Part shown: positions 29,334 to 41,144 of the stretch, in pieces
How the letters are laid out: the number at the start of each line of letters is the position of its first letter
Position numbering within the stretch: the first letter of the stretch is position 1
From: Microcoleaceae cyanobacterium
GTDB lineage: Bacteria > Cyanobacteriota > Cyanobacteriia > Cyanobacteriales > Microcoleaceae
Reading direction: 5' to 3'
Length of the DNA: 64,000 nt
Assembly (NCBI GenBank): GCA_051652765.1
Contig: JBOFUV010000035.1
Coordinates: forward strand, 1 to 64,000
Translations under genes and position numbers: made by a program
The notes under the pieces: model-generated
Told to the model about the DNA's origin: nothing
Database searches by the model: none
The model's input: only the letters and a program-made list of their open reading frames with translations

Positions 29334-31718
29334 ATGAATCAATGCGTTGTTCTAAAGTTTGGGAATGGTAATTGTCAAGTGGGGTTTCCGAATGTCATTG
29401 CACAAGTGTGGGAACAAGAACAACACATCACGACCCCTATCCAGCTCACAGGCAGTTTACCCCCAGCTCCAGAATTAATAAAACTTTATGAACAATGGCG
29501 ATCGCTCTATCAGGCCGTCTATCAATACCGTCGATTTCGTCACAGAAGTACACCGGGAATTGAGCTGGAGCCTTCAGAGGAGCCTTCTGCTATTTCTGAT
29601 GCCGATTTGGAGCAGATTAACCAGGGACTCAAGCGGTGTCTAAATCAGTGGCTCGATTCGGGTTCCTTTGGCCGGATCGAACGCCAACTGAGGGCTCGGC
29701 TCACGCCAACGGAAGCCGTTCGGGTGATTTTGGAAACAGAAGATGCCCAACTGCGGCGCTTGCCTTGGCAGTTGTGGAATTTTTTTGTGGATTATCCTCA
29801 AGCGGAAGTTGCCCTCAGTGCCTTGGAATTCAATCGAATTCAGCCGATTCAACGCCCTCCCCGCAAAAAGGTAAGAATTCTGGCAATTTTGGGCAACAGT
29901 CAAGGCATTGAAGTTGACTATGACCGCAGGATACTCGAACAATTACCGAACGCTGATCCGGTGTTTTTGGTGGAGCCCGAACGCCATGAACTCGATCGAT
30001 GGCTATGGGACGAACAGGGTTGGGATATTCTGTTCTTTGCCGGTCATAGCTCCAGTAGCAGCCGCGCCGAAACCGGGTACATCGAGATTAACACTCACGA
30101 TCGCCTCTCCATTGATCAACTCCGAAATGCTCTAAAAAGCGCGATCGCCAACGGATTGCAACTGGCAATTTTCAATTCTTGTGATGGCTTAGGACTGGGA
30201 CGTTCCCTGGCAGACTTGCAAATTCCCCAACTGATTGTCATGCGGGAACCCGTGCCAGATCGAGTGGCCCAGGAGTTTCTCACCCATTGGTTGGCAGCTT
30301 TTTCTCGGGGCAAATCTTTTTACCAATCGGTTCGAGAAGCTCGGGAACGCCTACAGGGACTAGAAGGTGAATTTCCCTGTGCCAGTTGGCTCCCGGTGAT
30401 TTGTCAAAATCCAACGGCAGTCCCCCCCACCTGGGATACCCTCCGACGGGGAAAATCCGATCAAACCTTCCCCCGCATCAATTTTCGAGTTTTTAATTCT
30501 GCCCCTGTCTTGGGGGGACTGGTCACGGCTATCGTTTTAGGAATCCGTTTCCTGGGAGGACTGGAAACTCTAGAACTTAGGGCCTATGATCACTTAATGC
30601 GATCGCGTCCTGCAGAGAGCGCCGATCCTCGATTATTGATGATCACAGTCACCGGAAATGACGTTCAAGCCCAAGACCCCCAAGAGCGTCAGGGCAGTTC
30701 CCTGTCAAACGCCGCCTTCGATCAACTCTTAAAAAAACTAGTGCCCCTGGAACCAAGGGTGATTGCAATAGATATTTATCGAGAGATTCCAGTAGATTCT
30801 TCCTATCAGACTCTACTCCAGCAACTTCAAAGCAGCGATCGCCTGATCACCATGTGTAAAGTTGAGGACGATGCAAACAACCCCGGTACCCCTCCAACCA
30901 TAGAAATCCCCCAAGCCGATCACAGTAAGCGGATTGGGTTCAATGATGTGCTTCCAGACCCTGACAAAATTATTCGGCAGCACCTGCTCGGGATGAGTCT
31001 TCCAGAAACCTCCGCCTGTCGAGCGACTCACTCTTTGAGTTTGATCATCGCGATGCGTTATTTGGCTGATGACGACATTAGTCTCACCAATCAGGATGAT
31101 CAGCAATTGAGTCTAGGCTCTGTCACGATCAGAAATAGGAACCTGTTTGAGAGCAGCGCAGCAGGATATCATGGGCCGAAAGAATCGGTGGGCTACCAGA
31201 TCATGCTCAACTATCGCAATACTGCGGCAATTGCGCCCCAAATTACATTAACAGAAGCCCTTGAGGGCAATCGACTGACCCCTGAGCTGGTAAAAGATAA
31301 AATTATTCTGATTGGCACAACGGATCGAACCTTTCGCGACTTACATCAGACTCTGCTGGGACAGGAGGAGATTCCGGGAGTGATCGTTCACGCTCACCAA
31401 GTCAGTCAGTTGCTGAGTGCTGTCAAAGATGGGCGGCCTCTGATTTGGTGGTGGCCCACTTGGATAGAAGTGATTTGGATTGGGGTTTGGGCGGGAGTTG
31501 GGATCGGGATTGCTGGAAAATTCCAACTGGTATGGAAGGGTGGACTGCTCCTAGGGATCAGTTTCGTTGCTCTCTATAGTGGTTGCTATTTGGCCCTCTG
31601 GAAATTAGGGGGATGGTTGCCCCTCATGCCAGCAGCGATCGCCCTCCTCGCAACAAGTATTACAATTTGGATGCAGCCCCGATTCAAAGGAATAAAGCAA
31701 CCTGAGGGTCGGCATTAG
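29334..31718 (+). CDS. CHAT (caspase-like) domain + CHASE2 sensor membrane protein
   Basis: CHAT dyad FFAGHS / IFNSCDG, a TM segment, CHASE2 (LELRAYDHLMRSRP...IAIDIYRE...PGVIVHAH.VSQLLSAV) and three C-terminal TM helices. Confidence 0.9.
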   Translation: MNQCVVLKFGNGNCQVGFPNVIAQVWEQEQHITTPIQLTGSLPPAPELIKLYEQWRSLYQAVYQYRRFRHRSTPGIELEPSEEPSAISDADLEQINQGLKRCLNQWLDSGSFGRIERQLRARLTPTEAVRVILETEDAQLRRLPWQLWNFFVDYPQAEVALSALEFNRIQPIQRPPRKKVRILAILGNSQGIEVDYDRRILEQLPNADPVFLVEPERHELDRWLWDEQGWDILFFAGHSSSSSRAETGYIEINTHDRLSIDQLRNALKSAIANGLQLAIFNSCDGLGLGRSLADLQIPQLIVMREPVPDRVAQEFLTHWLAAFSRGKSFYQSVREARERLQGLEGEFPCASWLPVICQNPTAVPPTWDTLRRGKSDQTFPRINFRVFNSAPVLGGLVTAIVLGIRFLGGLETLELRAYDHLMRSRPAESADPRLLMITVTGNDVQAQDPQERQGSSLSNAAFDQLLKKLVPLEPRVIAIDIYREIPVDSSYQTLLQQLQSSDRLITMCKVEDDANNPGTPPTIEIPQADHSKRIGFNDVLPDPDKIIRQHLLGMSLPETSACRATHSLSLIIAMRYLADDDISLTNQDDQQLSLGSVTIRNRNLFESSAAGYHGPKESVGYQIMLNYRNTAAIAPQITLTEALEGNRLTPELVKDKIILIGTTDRTFRDLHQTLLGQEEIPGVIVHAHQVSQLLSAVKDGRPLIWWWPTWIEVIWIGVWAGVGIGIAGKFQLVWKGGLLLGISFVALYSGCYLALWKLGGWLPLMPAAIALLATSITIWMQPRFKGIKQPEGRH

Positions 31719-31793
31719 ATTTCTCATGAGAATCTGACAAAAGACTGTCTAAAATGGAGATAGGCAATACGTCGCTGTAAATATGCTGTAAAT

Positions 31794-32138
31794 ATGTCGA
31801 ATCAACGCTCTGGATTGTTTGTGACTGGACTGTTACTGGGATCAGCTATTGGAACTGTGGTGGGTCTATTAGTCGCCCCTCGTACCGGGAAAGAGACCCG
31901 ACGACTTCTGAAGAAATCTGCTGATGCGTTTCCAGAACTATCGGAAGACTTATCGACTACCTTTCAGATCCAGGCGGGTCGATTGTCCAAGTCCACTGCA
32001 CGAAACTGGGATGATACCCTAGTTCGGTTAAAAGAAGCGATCGCGGCTGGACTGGCGGCGAGTCAGCAACAAGTCCTGATTCAGACTGAGGCACCGCCTT
32101 TAGATACGGTTTCTCGATCGGACGATCAGTCTCCTTGA
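31794..32138 (+). CDS. YtxH-domain protein
   Basis: GLFVTGLLLGSAIGTVVGLLVAPRTGKETR. Confidence 0.88.
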   Translation: MSNQRSGLFVTGLLLGSAIGTVVGLLVAPRTGKETRRLLKKSADAFPELSEDLSTTFQIQAGRLSKSTARNWDDTLVRLKEAIAAGLAASQQQVLIQTEAPPLDTVSRSDDQSP

Positions 32139-32281
32139 AACGCATACCCCCCATCTGACTCCGACCCTTCAAATGAACCTGAGGCTTACTGTTTAAAAGC
32201 CTGGTTGATGACTCAGAAAGTCGCTATAGTGGTTGACAGTGGCATGATGTTGTTTACTCAATTGAAAACTGATTAGAGTTT

Positions 32282-32866
32282 GTGATTGATCCTCTGTTTT
32301 GGCTCGGCCTGTCCCTTCTCCTCGTTGCGGTCAGTCTGACTGCGGTACTGGTTGCTGTTTTACCTGCGGTTCAGGCAATTTCGCGGGCTGCTAGCAGCTT
32401 AGAGAAGTTGGCGGATACCTTGAGCCGGGAATTTCCCCCAACTTTGGAGGCGATTCGGATGACCGGCCTCGAAATTAGCGAACTCACGGATGATGTGAGT
32501 CAAGGGGTTCAGCAAGCTGGACAAGTGGTCAAGCAGGTTGATCGGAGTCTGGATGGGGCTCGCAAACAAGCTCAACGGGTTCAACATGCGACTGATAATC
32601 TATTCACGGGAATTCAGGTTGCCTGGAGAACCTTCACCCGCAAGTCACCTCCTACCCTCGCTGAGCGTCATTCCTTAGATCGTTTGCCTGGGGGCCAAGA
32701 ACCTATTTCAGCACCTCCTGTTCGAGAGCGATCGCTCAAGCGGATTGAGGACAAGGACTTTCAAGACCGTGGGAATCCAGAACTTTATGAAGACTCCCTC
32801 GGTAGACAGCCCTATTACTCGGATGCAGAGGCTGAAACTCCAGTTCAGCCTTGGGACAAAGACTAG
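32282..32866 (+). CDS. DUF948-family membrane-anchored protein
   Basis: IDPLFWLGLSLLLVAVSLTAVL...EFPPTLEAIRMTGLEI; adjacent to ytxH. Confidence 0.8.
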   Translation: MIDPLFWLGLSLLLVAVSLTAVLVAVLPAVQAISRAASSLEKLADTLSREFPPTLEAIRMTGLEISELTDDVSQGVQQAGQVVKQVDRSLDGARKQAQRVQHATDNLFTGIQVAWRTFTRKSPPTLAERHSLDRLPGGQEPISAPPVRERSLKRIEDKDFQDRGNPELYEDSLGRQPYYSDAEAETPVQPWDKD

Positions 32867-32904
32867 GGGTTTGTCTAGATCAGGTTTGTCTAGATCAATT
32901 CCGA

Positions 32905-33801
32905 TCAACTCAGGGAAAATCCTGAAGCGACGATCATTGTCCCAACACCTGAATCCGTGAAGATTTCTTGTAGGAGAGCATGAGGGACACGGCCATCAAT
33001 AATATGAGCCGCTCGAACCCCTTGAGCTAGACTGCGAACACAGCAGTTGACCTTGGGAATCATCCCGCCAGAAACAATCCCCTTTTCAATCAGACCTCTG
33101 GCTTCTTGAATGTCTAGCTTGGCAATTAAGGTCTCGGGGTTATGGTAGTCTTCCAAAATTCCAGCCGTATCAGTCAGTAGAATTAACTTTTCTGCTCCCA
33201 GAGCCGCAGCAATTTCCCCGGCAGCCGTATCGGCGTTAATATTGTAAGCCTGCCCTGCGTCATCCGCCGCCACGCTAGAAACGACTGGAATATAACCACT
33301 ATCCACCAGAGACACCAATAGCTTGGCATCCACACTAGTCACTTCCCCGACAAAGCCAATATCTGCCGCGCCTTGGGGACGGGCTTTAATCAAATTGGCA
33401 TCTTTGCCGCACAGACCAACAGCAGCACCACCGGCTTGATTAATTAAGGCAACAATTTCTTTATTCACCCGACCCACCAGCACCATTTCTACGACATCCA
33501 TTGTGGCGGCATCCGTAACCCGCAAACCATTTTTGAACTGAGACTCAATCCCTAGCTTTTCTAACCAAATATTAATCTCCGGCCCTCCTCCATGCACCAA
33601 TACCGGTCGAATCCCCACATAGGACAGCAACACAATGTCCCGCATCACCTGATCCTTGAGCGTACTTTCCTTCATGGCTGCTCCCCCATACTTCACAACA
33701 ATTGTCCGGTTGGCAAACTTCTGAATATAGGGGAGGGCTTCACTCAGAACTTGAGCACGGTTCAACTCATGATTCAGATCAAAGTCAGTATGCTTGAGCA
33801 T
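32905..33801 (-). CDS. argB: Acetylglutamate kinase
   Basis: [29 protein letters not shown] and GGMIPKV motifs. Confidence 0.98.
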   Translation of the reverse strand: MLKHTDFDLNHELNRAQVLSEALPYIQKFANRTIVVKYGGAAMKESTLKDQVMRDIVLLSYVGIRPVLVHGGGPEINIWLEKLGIESQFKNGLRVTDAATMDVVEMVLVGRVNKEIVALINQAGGAAVGLCGKDANLIKARPQGAADIGFVGEVTSVDAKLLVSLVDSGYIPVVSSVAADDAGQAYNINADTAAGEIAAALGAEKLILLTDTAGILEDYHNPETLIAKLDIQEARGLIEKGIVSGGMIPKVNCCVRSLAQGVRAAHIIDGRVPHALLQEIFTDSGVGTMIVASGFSLS

Positions 33802-33945
33802 AGTTCATGTTGAGATCTAATGTTCCGCTAATAGTAGCAATTTATCCTAAGTATTAAAATATTGAGATTGTTTGAGTGCTGCTGCCTCAACCGCTACTGA
33901 ATACTGAGATTAAATTTGACGCAAGCTTAAATTGGTTGCTCTGAA

Positions 33946-35430
33946 CTAAAGTAAACGACTCAAAAGAATGTAGACCAGTCGAAAAATTGCGGTTGCTGCC
34001 ACAGAGAGTAAAGCTGTAAAAATCGGAATTGCCAGATAGGGCATCGATCGGAAGTCACTGACAAACATCAAAGCAATTCCCAGGGAAATTCCAGCCAGAA
34101 TCCCTAGATCCAACCGTTCAATCCACCGTTGAGTTTGGGCAAAAATCAAACCTGCGATCGCCCCTAAACCCACCATTCCCAACAGCGGCAGGGCCGTTAC
34201 ACCCTTCAACCACAACCCGGCAATCAACAAACTCACCTCAAACCCAGTGAAGGCTGCTCCTCCTAGCCATTCCAGGGTCGAAAATTGCCGACGGACGGGA
34301 ACAGGGGAAGATGGCAAAGGCTGGGGTTGGGGAGGCGTTAAAGCTGACTGGGACTGAACGGGTGGTTGAGCTGATGATTGGGCGGGTAATTGGGATGGAG
34401 CGGGTTGGGGAGCAAGATTAACTGTTTGAGAAACTGGGGCGGGAGCAACGGAGATCGGAGGATTGAGGGCCTCAAGTACTTGTTCGGCAGACCCAAAGCG
34501 ATCGCTCGGTGTGGGGAGCAACATTCGATCGAGAACAGTTGCTAAATTCTCGGAGACTTGAGTCTGCTGTTGCCAATGCCAGCGATCGCTATAACTGTCG
34601 TACAACGTTTGGGGATCTTTTCCCGTCAGCAAGGTTACACAGGTGACTGCCAAGGCATACAAATCTGTCGAGGGGTACACACTTTGGCCGCGCATCTGTT
34701 CAGGCGGAGCAAATCCCATGGAATAGATCCCCGTTGACTTTTCCCCGATTCCAACCCCTTGAGTAATTTGTTTAACTGCACCAAAGTCAAGGAGATAGAG
34801 CCGACCATTGCGGTGGCGCATGATATTTGAGGGTTTGATGTCGCGGTGAATCACCTCTTGATCATGCACAAACTTGAGAACTTTGAGGATTTCCTGCAAG
34901 ACTTCCAGTGTCTCTGTTTCTGAGAATTGTCCCTTAGTTGCTAACTCTGCTTCTAAGTCCTGACCCTCGATGTATTCTTGAACCAGGTAAAAAAACTGCT
35001 GAGGCTGAGTTGACTGCCACTCCTGAGCTTGTAGGGGAAAATAGGCTAATAGGTTGGGAATTTGCGGATGTTGATCCCCTAGTCGATCGAGGACAAGGGC
35101 TTCCCGTTCAAATAAATTTTGTGCTAACTCAAGCTGTTTTGCACTTAAATCCCCCGCAGGTTGGAATTGTTTGACCACACATTTTCTTAACATCGGAGAT
35201 CGGCGATCGCTGGCGAGAAACGCTGCCCCAAATCCCCCTCGCCCCAATAATCGCTCTGGCAAATAGCGACCATCCAAAATCAACGGCATTCCGCAGGTCA
35301 TGCAAAACTTTTGTTGCACAGTTTTGAGAGTCGTTTGATCATCCAAGTCAGTGAAAAAGTTTTCTGGTCGAGGACAAGTGGGACGAGTACATAAAATCTT
35401 CATAGGTTTGGGCGATTGAGACCCCATCAA
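33946..35430 (-). CDS. Hanks-type Ser/Thr protein kinase with N-terminal 4-Cys motif and C-terminal TM helices
   Basis: CTRPTC...CMTCG, LGRGGFG, VVKQF, HRDIKPSN, DFG, APPEQ; Pro/Gln linker; hydrophobic C-terminus. Confidence 0.95.
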   Translation of the reverse strand: MMGSQSPKPMKILCTRPTCPRPENFFTDLDDQTTLKTVQQKFCMTCGMPLILDGRYLPERLLGRGGFGAAFLASDRRSPMLRKCVVKQFQPAGDLSAKQLELAQNLFEREALVLDRLGDQHPQIPNLLAYFPLQAQEWQSTQPQQFFYLVQEYIEGQDLEAELATKGQFSETETLEVLQEILKVLKFVHDQEVIHRDIKPSNIMRHRNGRLYLLDFGAVKQITQGVGIGEKSTGIYSMGFAPPEQMRGQSVYPSTDLYALAVTCVTLLTGKDPQTLYDSYSDRWHWQQQTQVSENLATVLDRMLLPTPSDRFGSAEQVLEALNPPISVAPAPVSQTVNLAPQPAPSQLPAQSSAQPPVQSQSALTPPQPQPLPSSPVPVRRQFSTLEWLGGAAFTGFEVSLLIAGLWLKGVTALPLLGMVGLGAIAGLIFAQTQRWIERLDLGILAGISLGIALMFVSDFRSMPYLAIPIFTALLSVAATAIFRLVYILLSRLL

Positions 35431-35661
35431 CGTTCAGGAGATCAAACCTTAGACGGTCGGAGACAAATTCTAAGACTAATATCTAAGACGTTCCAATAGA
35501 TAGCTTAGCTGGATTTGGGAGGTTCATGTATTTATAGCAGTCCCAAAGTGGGCTAATTACATCAATCCAGTTCAGTTAAGATGTTGTAAATCACAGCACG
35601 CCCAGGGCAAACATCCTTGCAGCGGTATTGTTCAGCAGCGGTACTGTTCAATAGAACTAGG

Positions 35662-36678
35662 TTATTCGACAGCGCCCGGGACATCTTCGGTCTCCAAATC
35701 AATTGTCGGATTGCTATCTGGGCTGGGTCGCAGCTCAATGGGATTGAGATGCCAGGGTTGAGTTGTAAACTGAGGCAGAATATCTTGAGAAAATGCTTCA
35801 GCCGCTTTGGATTGATAGCGATTAGAGTTCAAGATCACCGACAACATCCGTTTAACAACAACCCCGTCAATCCGAGCCCGATGCAGAGATCCGGCTTGTA
35901 ATTCCCGTTCAATTGCAGCAGTAGACACAAAAGCAACCCCCAGTCCTGCTTGCACCGTATTTTTGATCGCTTCAATCGAATTCAGTTCCATCTCAACTCG
36001 TAACCGTCGAGGATCGATGCCACAGCGAGTTAGCACTTGGTCAATCACCTTACGAATGGTAGATTGGGAATCCAGGGCAATGAATTCAAGTTTGTACAAG
36101 TCTTCCTTTTCAATCTTTTCTAACTTGGCAAACCGATGAAACACAGGCAAGATCAGAGCCAGTTCATCTTCGAGATAGGGGTAGATAGTCAGGGAATCCT
36201 GAAGTTCGGCGGGGACTTCTCCCCCAACAATGGCTAGATCGACTTGACCATTCGCCACACTCCAGGCGGTGCGACGGGTGGAGTGGACATGGAGTTGGAC
36301 TGCAACTTCCGGGTATTTCCGCCGAAATAGCCCAATCATACGCGGTAGCAAATAAGTTCCCGTTGTCTGAGAAGCGCCAACAATGAGAGTGCCACCCTGA
36401 AGATTTTGTAGGTCATCAATCGCCCGACAGGTTTCCTGGCAAAGACTGAGGATTTTTTCACCATAGTTTAAGAGCAGGTATCCTGCCTCAGTCAGTTTAG
36501 CTCGACGGCCTCCTCGATCAAACAACGGCACGTTTAACTGTTTTTCGAGGTTTTGTACTTGCAAGCTAATGGCGGGCTGGGAAACGTATAGACTGTCTGC
36601 GGCTCGCTTGAAGCTTCCTTCAGCCGCGATCGCCTTCAGAATCCGTAACTGATCTAACGTAAATGGAACATCTGACAT
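35662..36678 (-). CDS. rbcR: LysR-type regulator RbcR/Ycf30
   Basis: [36 protein letters not shown] and [13 protein letters not shown] are characteristic of Ycf30/RbcR. Confidence 0.88.
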   Translation of the reverse strand: MSDVPFTLDQLRILKAIAAEGSFKRAADSLYVSQPAISLQVQNLEKQLNVPLFDRGGRRAKLTEAGYLLLNYGEKILSLCQETCRAIDDLQNLQGGTLIVGASQTTGTYLLPRMIGLFRRKYPEVAVQLHVHSTRRTAWSVANGQVDLAIVGGEVPAELQDSLTIYPYLEDELALILPVFHRFAKLEKIEKEDLYKLEFIALDSQSTIRKVIDQVLTRCGIDPRRLRVEMELNSIEAIKNTVQAGLGVAFVSTAAIERELQAGSLHRARIDGVVVKRMLSVILNSNRYQSKAAEAFSQDILPQFTTQPWHLNPIELRPSPDSNPTIDLETEDVPGAVE

Positions 36679-36867
36679 GGTAGGTTAAGGCCGAATTTTA
36701 AATGGTACCCGCACACTATTCACACCATTTTTTATAGCGATTTTAAATTCCTTCCGTCGGGCATAGGGCTAAATCTCACTAGGCTAGAGAAACAACGTAA
36801 CGATGCGAGGAAGAATGAGAGACAATAAATCAGGACTAAATTCTCTCAGCATACTGTAGGACGATTC

Positions 36868-37620
36868 TTGTTGGAGTTAACTTTATTATCAATTGCAGTG
36901 GTCAGAATATCTGCTCAAGGGTTTCTAGATAGTCATTACGTTATCTTAGCGTTGCTCCTTGGTTTTGCAGTTGCTCATAGTGGGCTGGCTGCACTGCGGC
37001 CCTGGGCAGAAACCAAAATTGGGGCGCGACTTTATCGAGTACTGTTTGCCTTGGTGAGTTTACCGCTAGCGACTATTTTAGTTATTTACTTCTTTAACCA
37101 TCGGTACGATGGAATTCAGCTCTGGAATGTGCAGGGAGTTCTGGGGGTTCAGCCTTTAGTTTGGGGTTTGTCGGCGGTTTCATTTCTGTTTCTGTATCCG
37201 TCAACGTTTAACCTACTGGAAATTGCCGCCGTGACAAAACCTCAGGTTCATCTGCATGAAACGGGGATTATTCGAATTACTCGCCATCCCCAAATGGTAG
37301 GACAGGTGATTTGGTGTATTGCTCATACCTTGTGGCTAGGAACAAGCTTTACCCTGGTAACTTCCTTGGGACTGGTGCTGCATCATGGATTTGGGGTCTG
37401 GCATGGCGATCGCCGTCTGCAGGCTCGATATGGAGAAGCCTTTGAAAAGCTGCAAGGGCGTACCTCAATCATGCCCTTTTTGGCAATCCTTCAGGGCCGA
37501 CAGACCTTGGAAATGAAAGAGTTTTTTCGTTGGGCTTACCTGGGAGTTGCTGTTTTCATCATCCTGCTTTGGCAAGCTCATCCGATTTTAATTCGTGCCA
37601 TAAGTAGCATTGACTGGTAG
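36868..37620 (+). CDS. NnrU-family membrane protein, probable 15-cis-zeta-carotene isomerase (Z-ISO)
   Basis: HSGLAALRP, TFNLLEIAAV.KP and TGIIRITRHPQMVGQ motifs; sits between rbcR and trxC. Start codon uncertain. Confidence 0.85.
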   Translation: MLELTLLSIAVVRISAQGFLDSHYVILALLLGFAVAHSGLAALRPWAETKIGARLYRVLFALVSLPLATILVIYFFNHRYDGIQLWNVQGVLGVQPLVWGLSAVSFLFLYPSTFNLLEIAAVTKPQVHLHETGIIRITRHPQMVGQVIWCIAHTLWLGTSFTLVTSLGLVLHHGFGVWHGDRRLQARYGEAFEKLQGRTSIMPFLAILQGRQTLEMKEFFRWAYLGVAVFIILLWQAHPILIRAISSIDW

Positions 37621-37673
37621 CATAAGTTCAGGGCTAATTTATAACAACTTTTGTTAATAAACGATAAGGGATC

Positions 37674-38057
37674 ATGGAGTTATCAATCGGTGAAGAACAG
37701 TTTTCCCACCAAGTGTTATGGTCTTCTACCCCAGTTTTAGTCCATTTTTGGGCTCCCTGGTGTGGATTATGTCGATTCATTGTGCCTCAGTTGCGTCAGT
37801 TTCAGACTCAGTGGCAAGGGCAGGTCAAGGTTGTGGGCGTGAATGCTGACCAAAGTTTAAAACTTGCCAGTACTTATCGGCTTAAGACCCTACCGACTCT
37901 AATTTTGTTTCATGAGAGTCAAGTTTTGTATCGATTGGAACAGTTTCACGGACGAGAGGATCTCCGCCGAACTTTGGATCAATTCATGCAAGACTCTATT
38001 GGAAATGCTTCAGCTCTGGAGTTGCAATCTCAAGCGTATTTGACCCTAGAAGCATAG
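37674..38057 (+). CDS. trxC: Atypical thioredoxin (TrxC type, WCGLC active site)
   Basis: VLVHFWAPWCGLC; position downstream of the NnrU/Z-ISO gene. Confidence 0.85.
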   Translation: MELSIGEEQFSHQVLWSSTPVLVHFWAPWCGLCRFIVPQLRQFQTQWQGQVKVVGVNADQSLKLASTYRLKTLPTLILFHESQVLYRLEQFHGREDLRRTLDQFMQDSIGNASALELQSQAYLTLEA

Positions 38058-38113
38058 ATATCATCGGGCCAAAGCAATATTCGTCTGCTGTCCTTCCTTT
38101 TTATAAGTTGTCA

Positions 38114-38138
38114 GAGTCCCTCTGAATAAGAGGGATTT
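38114..38138. terminator. Hairpin between convergent trxC and kinase genes
   Basis: GAGTCCCTCT-GAATA-AGAGGGATTT. Confidence 0.5.
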
Positions 38139-38185
38139 GAGGGAATCAAATTTTACTGGATTGTCGATTTAGAAACCCGTTGTGC

Positions 38186-41032
38186 TCAGTCTTGGGCAAC
38201 TGCAATTTTTTCTAAACAGGACTCAAGTAGCCTCCGAATTTTTTTGATCTGAAAATCATGAGCTAGATTTTGCATATCTTGAATGAAGAGTAGTGAGTCT
38301 TGATCAGAAGGCGTAAGTTCGCTGAGAGCCTTTTCTAAACTAACAATATGACCCCGCTTCACTAGATCGAGTAATGTTTCGAGTTGCTCCTTTGAAAAGT
38401 AAGCGGTTCGGGCTGGGGTTTCTATTAATCGTTTTGCAGAATATCTATCGTTCTGTTTTGCTGATCTGATCTGATCAGGTGGTTCAACTCGAATCCAATC
38501 TAATCGTAAATGCTGTTGCAGGCAAGCAAAAAGTTCATCAACCTGAATGGGCTTGGAAAGGAATGCATCGGCTCCAGCAACAAAGCACTTCTGCTGTTCA
38601 GCGTCAAAAACTCGACCGGATAAAACAGCGATTTTGATATTTTTCAGTAAGGGAGACTGGCGCATTTTGCGGATCATTTCCAACCCATTTAGCAGTGGCA
38701 TTGTAATATTTGTAATGACTAAATCAGGTTGAATTTGAGTCGCCATGTCCAAACCTTCCTGACCATTGGTGACTTCAACACAGAGGAATCCAATGGGTTT
38801 AAGTAAGTCAATGATCACGGATCGGTTCTCAGGCTGATCATCGACAATCAAAATTTTAGGTATGCTTCCTTTGATCCCAACAATTTCCCTTGAAGTCACC
38901 TGAAATTTTTTATTTTGCTGCCGTTCTAGAGAAACTTCTAGACATAAGTCAAACCAAAATCGGCTGCCTTTTCCAGCATGACTTTCGACATTTAGATCAC
39001 TATTCATTAACTGTACAATTTTACGGCTAATGGCTAATCCTAACCCTGTTCCTTCAGACTTTCTCTGAACATCGCCAACCTGTTCAAACGGCAAGAAGAT
39101 TTTTTCGAGTTGTGCAGGTGTCATCCCAACTCCAGTATCTTCCACTTGGAATCGGATTCTCGCCACTGGATGCTCGGATTGGATGGCTAGAGCTTGTGTT
39201 ACAGAAGTATTGAGCAAAGTTGCTGGATGAGTTAAGACAGAATCTACCGGTTCATCTTCTAGCAGTTCTACTTTGAACGTAACGGTTCCATGATCCGTAA
39301 ACTTGGTGGCATTGCCGAGTAAGTTGATCAATACTTGCCGAAGCCGCTTTTCATCACTACCTATTCCTAAAGGCAAATTAGGATTGGCATCATAAATAAA
39401 ATCAATTCCTTTTTCATCAGCTCGAATTCGGCAAATTTCAACAACCCCTAGAAGAAAAGAGGAGAGATGAAAACTACTCAGCTCTAATTCCAGTTTATGA
39501 GCTTCAATTTTGGATAAATCGAGGAGGTCATTGATTAAGTTTAATAAATGGGAACCACACTGATAGATAATATTGACCCCATCTTTTTCTGAGACGAGTA
39601 ATGTTTGCGATCGCTGCAGGATTTGAGCGTATCCTAAAATCCCATTTAGGGGAGTTCGCAATTCATGACTCATGTTGGCAAGAAACTCACTTTTGGCCTG
39701 ATTTGCAACATCCGCAGCAATCCTAGCCTGTTCTAATTCCTGAGTTCGTTTTTGTACTTTGACCTCTAAAGTTTGGGAGTAATCTTTTAACTGGGCATTG
39801 GCTTGAATTAATTCCCACTGATGACGGGAATTGGTTGCCAAAATTGTAGAGCTGGTCAGGGCCGCCAAGGGAGAAATGACAGGAATCCACCACCCGTGCA
39901 AAAAAGCAACGTACCCGCAGGCCATCACAATACTTCCAGTCAACAAGAAGTTAAGCACCAACCCGGCAAAAAAGAGTCGCATCCCTGCCTGGGTTGTGCG
40001 AGGCAGTACCCAACTGAGGCTCGCCCCTGCCAATGCACCCGTGAGAATCCAGAGCCCCTTAGCCCACCAGGGCCAGGGTCTGAGCACACTACGTCCATCC
40101 AAAGCCGCACTCAACATCTGGCTAGCAACGTTGGCATGAACGACAATACCAGCCATTGTGTCAGAGGCGGTAGTTTTGTTATCAGAGTAAGGGGTTTCAA
40201 AGAAGTCATTGGTACTTTCAGCCGTTGAGCCGATCAAGACAATCCGATTCTGAACTTGTTCAAGAGAGAGCCGACCCGCAAGCACATCGATGATCGAAAC
40301 GGTTTCAAACTGCTGTTGGGAGCCATGATAGTTCAATAAAATCTGATATCCCCCCAAGTGAGCTTGTTCATGACCAAAATCACCAGACCGCAGAGGAACA
40401 AAAACAGCTTTCCCGAGGCGATAGGATTTTTGACTGGGATCGATCTCCTCTAGGGTGATTCCTGCCGCTTGAAGATAAATCAGGCTAAGCCGAACCCCCA
40501 GGGTGGGGATGATTGCTCCAGTACCATCTCCAGCCGTAATCAGGCTGCGGCGAACTTTGCCATCAGCATCTAGCAGTACATCCGATAGAGCCACTTGATC
40601 CCGTTGAGCCAGCATCGGATTGGGAGAGATCCGATTCCCAACAGCTTTCTGGATTCCAATTAAATTAGGAGTGGACTGGATGACCTCAAGCCATTCCTCA
40701 TGTCCGGGTTCAACGGGTAAGTTCCGGTAGATATCCAAACCAATCGCTCTGGGCTGATAGGTCTCCAACCGACGAACCACCTCGGCAATCAAGCCATCAC
40801 TCAGGGGCCATGTTCCCAGGGTGTTGATATCAGTATCGTCAATGGTGACAATTAGAATGCGACGTTCAATCGATCCTGCTGGCCGTAACCGAAAAAATAA
40901 ATCTAAAGTAGCCCACTCTAAAAGTTGAAATAGACCAACTGATGATCCTAGGATGACAAACGCAGCAACACTAGAAGAGATCGTGAATACAAAACGCCAC
41001 CGTCTGACCCATTGGTTGATGGAGATCCACAT
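38186..41032 (-). CDS. CHASE2-domain hybrid histidine kinase with C-terminal receiver-like domain
   Basis: CHASE2 + 3 TM, H-box [15 protein letters not shown]-box [21 protein letters not shown]; receiver ILIVDD...[11 protein letters not shown]...FLSKP. Confidence 0.93.
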   Translation of the reverse strand: MWISINQWVRRWRFVFTISSSVAAFVILGSSVGLFQLLEWATLDLFFRLRPAGSIERRILIVTIDDTDINTLGTWPLSDGLIAEVVRRLETYQPRAIGLDIYRNLPVEPGHEEWLEVIQSTPNLIGIQKAVGNRISPNPMLAQRDQVALSDVLLDADGKVRRSLITAGDGTGAIIPTLGVRLSLIYLQAAGITLEEIDPSQKSYRLGKAVFVPLRSGDFGHEQAHLGGYQILLNYHGSQQQFETVSIIDVLAGRLSLEQVQNRIVLIGSTAESTNDFFETPYSDNKTTASDTMAGIVVHANVASQMLSAALDGRSVLRPWPWWAKGLWILTGALAGASLSWVLPRTTQAGMRLFFAGLVLNFLLTGSIVMACGYVAFLHGWWIPVISPLAALTSSTILATNSRHQWELIQANAQLKDYSQTLEVKVQKRTQELEQARIAADVANQAKSEFLANMSHELRTPLNGILGYAQILQRSQTLLVSEKDGVNIIYQCGSHLLNLINDLLDLSKIEAHKLELELSSFHLSSFLLGVVEICRIRADEKGIDFIYDANPNLPLGIGSDEKRLRQVLINLLGNATKFTDHGTVTFKVELLEDEPVDSVLTHPATLLNTSVTQALAIQSEHPVARIRFQVEDTGVGMTPAQLEKIFLPFEQVGDVQRKSEGTGLGLAISRKIVQLMNSDLNVESHAGKGSRFWFDLCLEVSLERQQNKKFQVTSREIVGIKGSIPKILIVDDQPENRSVIIDLLKPIGFLCVEVTNGQEGLDMATQIQPDLVITNITMPLLNGLEMIRKMRQSPLLKNIKIAVLSGRVFDAEQQKCFVAGADAFLSKPIQVDELFACLQQHLRLDWIRVEPPDQIRSAKQNDRYSAKRLIETPARTAYFSKEQLETLLDLVKRGHIVSLEKALSELTPSDQDSLLFIQDMQNLAHDFQIKKIRRLLESCLEKIAVAQD

Positions 41033-41144
41033 GTAAGCCTCAATTTAACAAAGAGATTGAATGAGGAAAATTGAGGTAACTCTTCAAACAGGTTTTACAA
41101 ACGCTTTTGCTGCCCAAGGTCATCTAGCCCAGATTTATCGAGGG

